Part shown: one piece after another, positions 8,201 through 15,926 of the stretch
Layout: each line of letters begins with the position of its first letter
Numbering within the stretch: position 1 is the first letter of the stretch
Assembly (NCBI RefSeq): GCF_001017655.1
Contig: NZ_CP010904.1
Location: 990,001 to 1,022,000 of the forward strand
Reading direction: 5' to 3'
Length of the DNA: 32,000 bases
Source: Kiritimatiella glycovorans
GTDB lineage: Bacteria > Verrucomicrobiota > Kiritimatiellia > Kiritimatiellales > Kiritimatiellaceae
Program-made: the position numbers and the translations under genes
Notes under the pieces: model-generated
Told to the model about the DNA's origin: nothing
What the model saw: only the letters and a program-made list of their open reading frames with translations
Database searches by the model: none

Positions 8201-8353
8201 CATCTGGATTACATTCTGGAAGAGACCCTCGCCCTGGAGTGCGAGCCGGTCGAACACCGGACGGACGACATGACGGACTGGGATCTGAACGGTCACGAAT
8301 GTGCCGTCGCGGTAAAAACCGTTGTCCCCACTCCCGGCGTTGACAGTCCATAG
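5201..8353 (+). CDS. ileS: Isoleucine--tRNA ligase, type 2 (eukaryote-like) form
   Basis: Start taken at in-frame GTG 5201, 4 nt after GGGAGGG. The upstream part of the track ORF lies in repeat DNA. Motifs seen: PPFATGLPHYGHLL (HIGH), KMSKRLKN (KMSKS), WDCHGLP, WTTTPWTLP, and a CP1 editing region. About 1050 aa with no C-terminal Cys-cluster tail, consistent with type 2. Confidence 0.95.
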   Translation: MFEPVSSKVDFPSLEESVLAYWDERDIFRRSLQNRRGAGEFVFYDGPPFATGLPHYGHLLAGTIKDIVPRYQTMRGRYVERRFGWDCHGLPIEALAQEALELAGAAGIREKGIDVFNEQCRSMVLRYVGEWERTVRRLGRWVDFERDYKTMDRSFMETIWWVFRQLWDQGRIYRAHRIMPYSWKLNTPLSNFEAGRNYQDVQDPAITVRVRLHGGGELEGAWALLWTTTPWTLPGNLAVCAGPEIEYALVRDAETHDRYLLAVSRIEAYYPEGEGYEILGRRSGRELEGLTYEPLFDYFADHPGAFRVLTDEFVTTGEGTGLVHMAPAYGEDDYRICRKAGIDLVDPLDADCRFTAEVPEYEGEFCKDADKEIIRALRHAGKLVHRSTIQHSYPFCERTDTPLIYRAIEAWYVRVEDLRDRMIAHNETVHWMPGYVGGKRFANWLAEARDWNISRNRFWGSCIPVWIAEDGDTICVGSVEELESLSGQKVEDLHKHVLDEITLERDGKVYRRTPEVLDCWFESGSMPYAQCHYPFEERERFEHNFPADFIAEGLDQTRGWFYTLTVLSTALFDRPAFRNVVVNGLVLAEDGRKMSKRLKNYPDPKHIFDTYGADALRLYMIHSPVVKAESLRFSEEGVKHVLRHFLIPWWNAYSFFVTYANIDGWTPAQASRERNNLMDRWVRSAQARLMQDVTAAMDDYDLQRAVRPFVHFIEDLTNWYIRRSRRRFWKSADDADKKEAYAALYDVLLDLCRIAAPFVPFISEAIYRNLRTEDRPESVHLCDFPTAEHLARDEQLEARMEAVMKAVGMGRLLRSEYQVKTRQPLRRLHVVSEDAALLERMAALESIIADELNVHEVRFASDSSELARMRVKPNFKKLGPELGPKMKAAAAAIGELSAEDARRLNEGGEVGIELDGEERMLDADDVEIELIPREGLAVSAEGPLLVALDTTLDDELVREGLAREFVHKIQFMRKELDLDVVQRIAVAYRADDDVETAVREHLDYILEETLALECEPVEHRTDDMTDWDLNGHECAVAVKTVVPTPGVDSP

Positions 8354-8417
8354 GGCCTGTGCTACAACGACCCCCTTTTTACGCGAGTGAAGGGCAACAT
8401 CACGTGAGGTAAAAAGC

Positions 8418-9254
8418 ATGGCAGCCAGCAAGAAGAAGAGTTCCGGCGCCTCCGGTCGCAAGAAGACCGGCAAGAAGAATCAGCCCCGGAAAACCACTGC
8501 TTCGAAAAAGAAATCCTCGACATCCGGGAAGAAATCCCCGGCGTCCGGGAAGAAAACCGCGTCTTCGCGCCGCACATCCTCCACCGGCTCCGGAAAGACC
8601 TCGTCGCGCAAAAAGCCGGCGGCGAAGAAAACCGCCGCTAAGAAATCGGCGGCCCGCAAGAAGACTTCAGGTTCAAAATCCTCGAAAAAAGCGTCGCCGC
8701 GCAAGTCGACTTCAAAGAAGAAGGCCTCGTCGGCGAAGAAAAGCGCTTCCCGGAAAACGACTTCGAAGAAGAGCACGGCGGCTCGCAAGGGCGCGACGTC
8801 CGGCCGGAAGGCTACCGGAAAAAAGACGGCGTCCACGGCCTCTTCCGGCGCGTCCGCCGGTGCGAAGAAGACCGCGAAGTCGCCGTTCAAAAAGAGGGAA
8901 CTCCGCCAGTTCCGGGATCGGCTGCTGGAGCTGCGCGACCGGATTACCGGGGAAATCAGCTTTCTCTCCGGGGACAACCTGACCAATCACCGCGACCCCT
9001 CGCTGTCGGATCAGGGCACCGACAACTTCGATCAGGAATTCGCGCTGAACATCGTCACCAGCGAGCAGGACACACTCTTCGAAATCGAGGAGGCCCTGCG
9101 CCGCATCGAGGAGGGGACCTACGGGGTCTGCGAGATCACCGGCGAACCTATCGAGCGGGAGCGTCTCGAGGCCCTGCCGCACACGCGGTACAGCCTCAAG
9201 GCTCAGGAAATGCTGGAAAAGGGGCGCATTCATTATCGCCCCATGAACGACTAG
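8418..9254 (+). CDS. DksA/TraR-family protein with a ~165-aa Lys/Ser/Ala-rich N-terminal extension and a degenerate zinc finger
   Basis: The C-terminal 110 aa read FRDRLLELRDRI...DQGTDNFDQEFALNIVTSEQDTLFEIEEALRRIEEGTYGVCEITGEPIERERLEALPHTRYSLKAQ, which is the DksA coiled coil plus finger region. Only one of the four canonical Cys positions is kept (C-x2-T ... S-x2-A). The N-terminus is KKxS/KKTA-type low complexity. Confidence 0.8.
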   Translation: MAASKKKSSGASGRKKTGKKNQPRKTTASKKKSSTSGKKSPASGKKTASSRRTSSTGSGKTSSRKKPAAKKTAAKKSAARKKTSGSKSSKKASPRKSTSKKKASSAKKSASRKTTSKKSTAARKGATSGRKATGKKTASTASSGASAGAKKTAKSPFKKRELRQFRDRLLELRDRITGEISFLSGDNLTNHRDPSLSDQGTDNFDQEFALNIVTSEQDTLFEIEEALRRIEEGTYGVCEITGEPIERERLEALPHTRYSLKAQEMLEKGRIHYRPMND

Positions 9255-9272
9255 ACCGGGTCGGGCCGCCCT

Positions 9273-9785
9273 GTGCTGAATGTCCGAACGATGACCGTGA
9301 TGCTCTCCCTGGGGAGCGTGATCGCCGCTCTCGATCAGTGGACCAAGCACCTCGTCCGCCTTTCTCTGGAGTACGGCGACCGCGTGGTGGTCATTCCCGG
9401 TTTGTTCAACCTGGTGCACCTGCGCAATACCGGAGCCGCCTGGGGCATGCTCTCCGGTCAGAACGCGCTGTTGATCGTCTTCGCCATCCTCATCCTCCTG
9501 GCCCTGCTGTTTTTTCATCATACGCTGCTCGCGGACACCGCGGGGCGCTCGATCATTCTGGGGCTGCTGCTGGGCGGCGTGGCCGGAAACCTGATCGATC
9601 GCGTGCATCTGGGCTGGGTGACGGATTTCATCGACCTGCACCTCGGCGGACTGGGGCACTGGCCCTCGTTCAATATCGCCGACGCCTCGATCTGCACCGC
9701 GGTGGGCCTGTATGCCCTGGTGATGATCCTGCAGGCGAGAAGGGGCGAACCTGATGCGAAGGCGGAGTCAGATCCCGAGGGATGA
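9273..9785 (+). CDS. lspA: Lipoprotein signal peptidase (signal peptidase II)
   Basis: Motifs seen: LDQWTKHLV, NTGAAWGML, DFIDL and FNIADASI, with four hydrophobic helices. An ATG at 9291 is an alternative start. Confidence 0.9.
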   Translation: MLNVRTMTVMLSLGSVIAALDQWTKHLVRLSLEYGDRVVVIPGLFNLVHLRNTGAAWGMLSGQNALLIVFAILILLALLFFHHTLLADTAGRSIILGLLLGGVAGNLIDRVHLGWVTDFIDLHLGGLGHWPSFNIADASICTAVGLYALVMILQARRGEPDAKAESDPEG

Positions 9786-10752
9786 ACGGGAGCGGACCGG
9801 CGGGGCAGAGGGGAACGCCGGGACCTCACCGGAGGAAGAACGGCCTCCGGTCTCCGTCCTGGTCGGACCGACCGCGGCGGGGAAATCGGCGACCGCCCAC
9901 CGGATCGCCTGCCGCCGCAACGCCGTCGTCGTATCGGCGGATGCCATGAATGTCTACCGCGGTATGGATATCGGCACCGCCAAACCCGATCAGAGCGAGC
10001 GCGGCGAGGTCACGTACCTCGGGGTCGACCTGGTCGATCCGTCGGAATCCTTCAGTGTGGGGGATTACCTGCGTCGGGTCGCTCCCGGGGTTCGCGCAGC
10101 GGTCGAGGCGGGGCGCGAGATCATTGTGGCCGGCGGAACGGGGCTGTATGTGCGTTGTCTGCTTGAAGGCCTCTCCGATGCGCCCGCCGCCGATGAGGCC
10201 TTCAGGCGGTGGGCCGACCGGCAGGACGCGCCCGCGCTGCGGCGGGAACTGGAGCGCCTCGATCCCGACGCCCTGGCCGCGCTGGCCGATCCCGAAAATC
10301 CGAGGCGGCTGGTGCGCGCGATCGAGTGCGCCCGCGCCGGGCATACGAAGCGCACGTGGGCCCGGCTTCCGCCCGGTCCGCCCGTGGCGGGGCTGACGAT
10401 GGATCGCGCGGTGCTGCATGAAAGGATCGCGGGGCGGATCGAAACGATGTACGCTCAGGGCCTGCTGGAGGAGGCGCGGCGTCTCAGGCAGGGGCCGTTG
10501 TCCTCCACGGCGCGGGAGGCCATCGGCTACCGCGAGGCCTTCGACGTGCTGGACGGCGCGTGTTCGCTGCGCGAGGCCGCGGAGCGGACACGCATCCGCA
10601 CCCGCCGCCTGGCCCGGAGGCAGATGACGTGGTTCCGCCACCAGCTTCGGGTGGAATGGGTTGACATGGGTGACGGCCCTGATCCCGGGGTGGCGGAAGA
10701 GGGCGTTCAAAAGATCTGGGAGCAGTATGGGCGGAACAGACTCCGTATCTGA
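9754..10752 (+). CDS. miaA: tRNA dimethylallyltransferase
   Basis: Motifs seen: VLVGPTAAGKSATAHRIA P-loop, VVSADAMNVYRGMDIGTAKP, IVAGGTGLY, and REAIGYRE...TRRLARRQMTWFR. The only in-frame ATG is 9754, which overlaps the lspA end by 32 nt. Confidence 0.9.
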   Translation: MRRRSQIPRDERERTGGAEGNAGTSPEEERPPVSVLVGPTAAGKSATAHRIACRRNAVVVSADAMNVYRGMDIGTAKPDQSERGEVTYLGVDLVDPSESFSVGDYLRRVAPGVRAAVEAGREIIVAGGTGLYVRCLLEGLSDAPAADEAFRRWADRQDAPALRRELERLDPDALAALADPENPRRLVRAIECARAGHTKRTWARLPPGPPVAGLTMDRAVLHERIAGRIETMYAQGLLEEARRLRQGPLSSTAREAIGYREAFDVLDGACSLREAAERTRIRTRRLARRQMTWFRHQLRVEWVDMGDGPDPGVAEEGVQKIWEQYGRNRLRI

Positions 10753-12007
10753 CCGGCGGAAAGAAAGGGCCGTGCTGGTGGGCGTAGTGCTCGGAGACGA
10801 GCCCGAACACGAGACGCGCGAATCGCTGGATGAGCTGGGCCGGCTCGCGGGGAGCGCCGGGGCGGAGGAGACCGGGCGATTCGTCTGCCGCCAGAACAAG
10901 GTCCGGCCCGGGTACTACATCGGAACGGGGAAAGCCGCGGAAATCGGCGCCTGGGCGGAGGAGCACCCCGCGGACACCCTTGTGTTCGACGAAAACCTCT
11001 CGCCGGTCCAGGGGCGCAACCTGGAAAAGGCCACGGGGCTGCGGGTCATCGACCGCACCCAGCTGATCATGGACATCTTCGCGCAGCACGCGCGCACCCG
11101 GGAGGGCCAGCTCCAGGTCGAACTCGCCCAGCTCGAATACCTGCTTCCGCGGCTGCGGCGCATGTGGACCCACCTCGAACGGCAGAAGGGCGGGATCGGC
11201 CTGCGGGGCCCCGGCGAGACCCAGATCGAGATGGACCGCCGCCGGATCCAGATGCAGATCAAGCGCCTCAAGCGGGATCTGGAGCTGGTTCGCCGCCGCC
11301 GCGCAGAGCAGCGCAAGGGTAGAAAGAGGGGCGGCTGGTCGCTCGTATCGATCGTGGGCTACACCAATGCCGGCAAGTCCACACTGCTCAACCGGCTCGC
11401 CGGCGCCTCCGTGCATGCCGATTCCGCGCTCTTCGCCACGCTCGATCCCACGATCCGGCGCGTCGAACTTCCCGGACACGAGCCCGTCCTGCTCTCGGAT
11501 ACGGTGGGGTTCATCAGCAAACTTCCCCACTCGCTGGTCGAGGCCTTCAAGGCGACGCTCGAGGAAGTCGTCGAAGCCGACCTGCTTCTGCACGTCGTCG
11601 ATGCCTCCCACCCGCGCGCCGCGGACCAGGCGCGTGCGGTGAACGAGGTGCTGGAGGAACTGGGCGTAGGGGACAAGCCCGTCTTCTGTGCGCTGAACAA
11701 GATCGACCGCGCGGAGGGCCGGCACCGCAGCCGCCGGCTGCTCCGCGATCTCGCTCCGGCTGCGGCTCTGTCGGCCCGCAGCGGGGAAGGCGTCGAGACG
11801 CTCAAAGAGGCACTCGCCGACCGGCTGCGTTCCTCGAAGACGCTGGTCGAGATGCGCATCCCGATAGGGGAAGGACGGCTGATCGCCGAACTGCACCGCC
11901 GCGGAACGGTGCTGGAGGAAGCCTACGATCACGACGCCGCGAGAATTAAGGCCCGGATTCCCCCCGATATGCGCGACGATTGTGCACGCTTTGTGACCTT
12001 TTCCTGA
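10727..12007 (+). CDS. hflX: GTPase HflX
   Basis: Start taken at MGGTDSV. Motifs seen: RAVLVGV, VFDENLSPVQGRNLE, QLEYLLPRL, IVGYTNAGKSTLLNRL (G1), DTVGF (G3) and LNKID (G4). Overlaps the miaA end. Confidence 0.9.
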   Translation: MGGTDSVSDRRKERAVLVGVVLGDEPEHETRESLDELGRLAGSAGAEETGRFVCRQNKVRPGYYIGTGKAAEIGAWAEEHPADTLVFDENLSPVQGRNLEKATGLRVIDRTQLIMDIFAQHARTREGQLQVELAQLEYLLPRLRRMWTHLERQKGGIGLRGPGETQIEMDRRRIQMQIKRLKRDLELVRRRRAEQRKGRKRGGWSLVSIVGYTNAGKSTLLNRLAGASVHADSALFATLDPTIRRVELPGHEPVLLSDTVGFISKLPHSLVEAFKATLEEVVEADLLLHVVDASHPRAADQARAVNEVLEELGVGDKPVFCALNKIDRAEGRHRSRRLLRDLAPAAALSARSGEGVETLKEALADRLRSSKTLVEMRIPIGEGRLIAELHRRGTVLEEAYDHDAARIKARIPPDMRDDCARFVTFS

Positions 12008-12083
12008 GTTTTCCCGTCAAAACGCATTGAAGCGCCTCGCGTTTGGGGGGATAGTCGCAAAGGTAAGATTCCGATGGAGTAAC

Positions 12084-14321
12084 ATGAAGCGTCGGCGCAG
12101 AAGAAAGCAGCGGAATAAAGGGGTTCTGTTTCATCGGTCGCTGACGGTGCGCCTGATGTTGTGCATGCTGCTTCCGACCGTCCTGCTCGCGCTGTTCTCG
12201 GTCTACTTTTTCCGCAATCACGAGCGTCAGCGCATCGCCGAGAGCGCCGAACGCCAGGTCCGCCAGATGGGCCGGACGGGCGCGAGACTGGTGGAATTTC
12301 AGGTCGACGCCTTCCGCGAGGAGGTGCGGAGCCTGGCCATGGATCCGATTCTCACCGAAGCGCTGCCGGAGGCCGATCCCGTTTTTCTGCGCTCCCGCCT
12401 GCAGCTTCTGCGTGCGCGCGACGGGATGGCCTCGATCCTCGTCTTTTCGCCGGAGGGGGAACTATGGGCTGAGGGGGGGGGCGGGCTGGAAAACTTCGAG
12501 GAACTCCCCGAACCAGGGTCCGCGGATAAGGAGGGGGTGACGCAGGGGTTTCTGGTTCACGACGGCGACCGCATCTACACGGCCGCGTACGCGCCGCTCA
12601 AGCAGAGGGACGAATCCAGTTATGTGCTCTTCGCCGCCAGGAAACTCGAACTCGGACCGGCCTTCCCCAATACCCTGCTCGTGTGCGACGGGCGCATCCA
12701 GTCCTCCTCGTCGGACGCGTACTTTCTGCGGCCTTTTCTGCGGATCGTGGAAGGCCAGCCGCGCCGGAACGATTTCCACCTGAAGGAGCACGATGTGCGC
12801 CTCATCCGCGTCCCGCTGACGGGGATTCCGATCGACCGGGGCTACCTGGTTTCCGGCCTCAACCTGCGCCCGATGATCCTCAAGAACCACGCGTTCGTTC
12901 AACGTTCGCTCCAGGTGATGGGTCTGCTCGTCCTCCTGCTCGTACTGCTCGCGCTGACGATCACGAAGCGGCTTACCAAACCGCTGCAGCAGCTGGTCGA
13001 GGCGGCCGGCCATATCGCGGACAACCGCTCACGCGGCGCGGACGAATGGCTGCCCGAGCGGCGCGATGAAATCGGCGTGCTCAACGACTCGCTGCGGATG
13101 ATGACCGACCAGCTCAGCCAGACCATCACCGAACTCAAGCAGGCGCGCGAATCGGCCGAGGCCGCCAACCGGGCCAAGAGCGAATTTCTCGCCAATATGT
13201 CGCACGAAATCCGGACGCCGATGAATGCCATGATCGGTATGGCCGATCTTCTGACCCGCTCCCCGCTGAACCAGGAGCAGCACGACTGTGTGGAGAACAT
13301 CAGGACGTCGAGCGAACTGCTCATGGCGATCATCAACGATATTCTGGACCTGACGAAAATCGAGCTCGGAAAACTCGAGCTGGAGATCGCGCCGATGGAT
13401 CTCTATACGACCGTCGACAAGCTCTGCCGCCTGATGCGCGGCCAGACCGCCGGTAAGGGGGTCGAACTGGTCCTGCACTATGCCGAGGATACGCCCCGCC
13501 GCGTGAAGGGCGACCAGGCCCGCATCCGGCAGATCGTGATGAACCTGCTCAGCAACGCGATCAAGTTCACCCGTGAGGGCAGGATCGATGTCGATGTGCG
13601 CGCACTGGATTCCGCGGAGGACAGTACCGAATTCCAGATCACCGTCCGCGACACCGGAATCGGGATCGAACAGCACCGGGTGGAGCGGCTGTTCGAGCCC
13701 TTTACGCAGGCCGACAGCTCGACCACGCGCCTCTACGGGGGTACGGGGCTCGGCCTCGCCATTACCAAGCGACTCGTGGACAGCATGGACGGCCGCATGG
13801 CGGTGGTCAGTGAGAAGGGGCGGGGGTCCTCCTTTACCGCTACGATCCCCCTCGCAGTGGACGACTCCCCCGTCGGCGCGGAGGAAGAGACGGAGGAGAT
13901 TCCGGACGTCGAGGACCTCTGCTGGAGTCGCGTGCCGCGGGTGCTGCTGGCCGAGGACAACCGCATGAACCAGATCGTGGCGCACCGCCTGCTCGAACAG
14001 TGCGGGTGCGAAGTGGAGGTTACGCGCAACGGGCAGGAGGCGCTGGATGCCGTCCGGGAGCAGGAATTCGATCTCGTGCTCATGGACTGCCAGATGCCGG
14101 TGCTCGACGGCTACGAGGCTACGCGCCGCATCCGCCGCCTGGAAAAGGGCCGGATGCCGATCGTGGCGCTGACGGCGCATGCGCTCAAGGGCGACCGCGA
14201 GCGCAGCCTGGATGCGGGCATGAACGACCATCTGACCAAACCCATCCGCGAAGAGAGCGTGAAACGCATTCTTGCTCGTCACCTTAAACCCCTGCTGAAA
14301 GAACCGAATGAAGCCCGATGA
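12084..14321 (+). CDS. Hybrid sensor histidine kinase/response regulator (extracytoplasmic sensor, HAMP, HisKA, HATPase, REC)
   Basis: ATG 12084 follows GGAGT. Two transmembrane segments flank a ~250-aa sensor region. H-box is FLANMSHEIRTPMN, G-box is GGTGLGLAITKRLV. The receiver domain reads VLLAEDNRMNQ...DLVLMDCQMPVLDGYEAT...LTAHALKGD...HLTKP. Confidence 0.9.
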   Translation: MKRRRRRKQRNKGVLFHRSLTVRLMLCMLLPTVLLALFSVYFFRNHERQRIAESAERQVRQMGRTGARLVEFQVDAFREEVRSLAMDPILTEALPEADPVFLRSRLQLLRARDGMASILVFSPEGELWAEGGGGLENFEELPEPGSADKEGVTQGFLVHDGDRIYTAAYAPLKQRDESSYVLFAARKLELGPAFPNTLLVCDGRIQSSSSDAYFLRPFLRIVEGQPRRNDFHLKEHDVRLIRVPLTGIPIDRGYLVSGLNLRPMILKNHAFVQRSLQVMGLLVLLLVLLALTITKRLTKPLQQLVEAAGHIADNRSRGADEWLPERRDEIGVLNDSLRMMTDQLSQTITELKQARESAEAANRAKSEFLANMSHEIRTPMNAMIGMADLLTRSPLNQEQHDCVENIRTSSELLMAIINDILDLTKIELGKLELEIAPMDLYTTVDKLCRLMRGQTAGKGVELVLHYAEDTPRRVKGDQARIRQIVMNLLSNAIKFTREGRIDVDVRALDSAEDSTEFQITVRDTGIGIEQHRVERLFEPFTQADSSTTRLYGGTGLGLAITKRLVDSMDGRMAVVSEKGRGSSFTATIPLAVDDSPVGAEEETEEIPDVEDLCWSRVPRVLLAEDNRMNQIVAHRLLEQCGCEVEVTRNGQEALDAVREQEFDLVLMDCQMPVLDGYEATRRIRRLEKGRMPIVALTAHALKGDRERSLDAGMNDHLTKPIREESVKRILARHLKPLLKEPNEAR

Positions 14322-15105
14322 GCCTGACCACCCGGCCGGTCCTGAGGGCCCGTCCGCGGACGCCCTGCCGTCCTCGCCGGCGCCCCTGTGCGGCGTGCCT
14401 CTGCGTGAGCGTCCCCGCGAGACCTTTGAACGCATGGGCGCCCGCCACGTGCCCGATGCGGTCCTCCTCGCGATCCTGATGCGCAGCGGGGTGCGCGGCT
14501 GCAATGTGATTGAACTCGCGCGGGAGATTCTCGCGCGCTACGGCTCGCTCTCCGCGCTCGCCCGCGCGTCGGTCCGGGAACTCAGCCGCATCCGCGGGGT
14601 GGGGCGCGTCAAGGCCCAGGTGCTGCACGCCGCCCTCGAGCTTTCACGACGCATGGCCGAGGAGGAACGCGAAGAGCGCCCCCGAATGGCCTCGCCCGCC
14701 AGCGTGGCCGCCCTGCTGCGCGACGACGTCCTGCGCCTGGAGAACGAGGTGTTCTGGGTGCTGCTGCTCGATGCCCGGCACCGGCTGCTCTCACCGCCGA
14801 ACCTCGTCACCCGCGGTCTGCTGGATTCGAGTCTCGTGCATCCGCGCGAGGTCTTTCGCGAGGCGGTGCGGTCGAGCGCGGCGGCGGTCATCGTGGCGCA
14901 CAACCACCCCTCGGGCGATCCCGAACCCTCGGCCGGGGACCTGGCGGTGACGCGAAAACTGATCGCGGCGGGCCGCATCATGGACATCCGGCTGCTCGAT
15001 CACGTAATATGTGTGCCCCGCGACGCGGGAACAGGCCGGGAATACCTCAGCCTGCGCGCGGCGGGACTGCTGAATTTCGAAGAGGGAAGCGAGGGGTGCG
15101 GGTGA
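14308..15105 (+). CDS. radC: RadC-family JAB/MPN domain protein
   Basis: Has a helix-hairpin-helix region (LSRIRGVGRVKAQ) and the JAB motif VAHNHPSGDPEPSAGD. Overlaps the kinase stop by 14 nt. Confidence 0.85.
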   Translation: MKPDEPDHPAGPEGPSADALPSSPAPLCGVPLRERPRETFERMGARHVPDAVLLAILMRSGVRGCNVIELAREILARYGSLSALARASVRELSRIRGVGRVKAQVLHAALELSRRMAEEEREERPRMASPASVAALLRDDVLRLENEVFWVLLLDARHRLLSPPNLVTRGLLDSSLVHPREVFREAVRSSAAAVIVAHNHPSGDPEPSAGDLAVTRKLIAAGRIMDIRLLDHVICVPRDAGTGREYLSLRAAGLLNFEEGSEGCG

Positions 15106-15926
15106 GCGAGAGCAGAATACACCGGACCGCCGTCGTCGAAGACGGCGCGGAACTGGGGACGTCGGTGAGCGTCGGCCCGTTCGCCTGGATCGGCCCCGGG
15201 ACGAAGATCGGGGATCATGCGGATATCGGACCGCACGCGGTTGTACACCCCTGGACGACGGTGGGCCACGGAACCCGCGTTCACGCCGGAGCGGTGCTCG
15301 GCGACCTGCCGCAGGATCTCAAGTTCGAACCCTGTGTCAGTTATGTGCGCATCGGTGCGGACTGCGTGCTGCGCGAGGGCGTGACGGTCCATCGCGGCAC
15401 CGGGGAGGGTTCGGTGACCGAGCTCGGCGCGGGGTGTTACCTGATGGCCTTTTCGCACGTGGGCCACAATTCCACGCTCGGCGAACGCGTGATTATGGCC
15501 AACGGGGCGCTGCTGGGCGGTCACGTCGAAGTGGGCGAGGGCAGTTTTATCAGCGGCAACGTCTCGGTCCACCAGTTTGTCCGCATCGGTCGCCTGGTCA
15601 TGATGGGCGGCAACAGCGGGGTCTCCAGGGACGTGCCGCCGTTCTGCACGGTCAGTTCGCTGCGCCGCAACCGGCTGTCCGGCCTGAACACGGTCGGTCT
15701 GCGCCGCGCGGGACTCGAGGCCGCGGCGCGACGCGAGATCAAACGCACCTACCGCCGCCTCTTCCAGTCCGGCCTGCCGCTGAGCCGGGCCCTGGCCGAA
15801 CTGGACGAGGAGCCCCCCGCATCACCGGAGGCGGCCGAGATGATCGAATTCATCCGCGCCTCGCGCCGCGGGGTATGCGGCGCCGAACGCGGGGCGGGCG
15901 AGTCCTCCGGACGGGAAATGCGATGA
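15102..15926 (+). CDS. lpxA: Acyl-ACP--UDP-N-acetylglucosamine O-acyltransferase
   Basis: GTG 15102 overlaps the radC stop (GTGA). Contains left-handed beta-helix hexapeptide repeats, MAFSHVGHNSTLG, HQFVRIGRLVMMGG, and a GLNTVGLRRAG C-terminal helical domain. Confidence 0.9.
   Translation: MSESRIHRTAVVEDGAELGTSVSVGPFAWIGPGTKIGDHADIGPHAVVHPWTTVGHGTRVHAGAVLGDLPQDLKFEPCVSYVRIGADCVLREGVTVHRGTGEGSVTELGAGCYLMAFSHVGHNSTLGERVIMANGALLGGHVEVGEGSFISGNVSVHQFVRIGRLVMMGGNSGVSRDVPPFCTVSSLRRNRLSGLNTVGLRRAGLEAAARREIKRTYRRLFQSGLPLSRALAELDEEPPASPEAAEMIEFIRASRRGVCGAERGAGESSGREMR

Noticed and set aside
5375-8473. 1032-aa ORF on the minus strand spanning all of ileS
   Set aside because: It is antisense to a gene with unambiguous IleRS motifs. 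Its translation is Arg/Gly/Pro/Val-rich with no recognisable motifs. Long antisense ORFs are expected at this GC content.
8480-8986. 168-aa minus-strand ORF rich in F/E/D opposite the Lys-rich tail of the DksA-like gene
   Set aside because: It is the complement of AAG/AAA-rich coding sequence. The plus-strand frame continues without interruption into a clear DksA domain.
10484-11932. 482-aa minus-strand ORF opposite hflX. Similar cases: 13029-14504 opposite the kinase, 18735-20732 opposite purF, 9826-10899 opposite miaA and 113-1147 opposite the methyltransferase
   Set aside because: All are mirror-frame ORFs of confidently identified genes. Their composition is low in information and no domain signature is visible.
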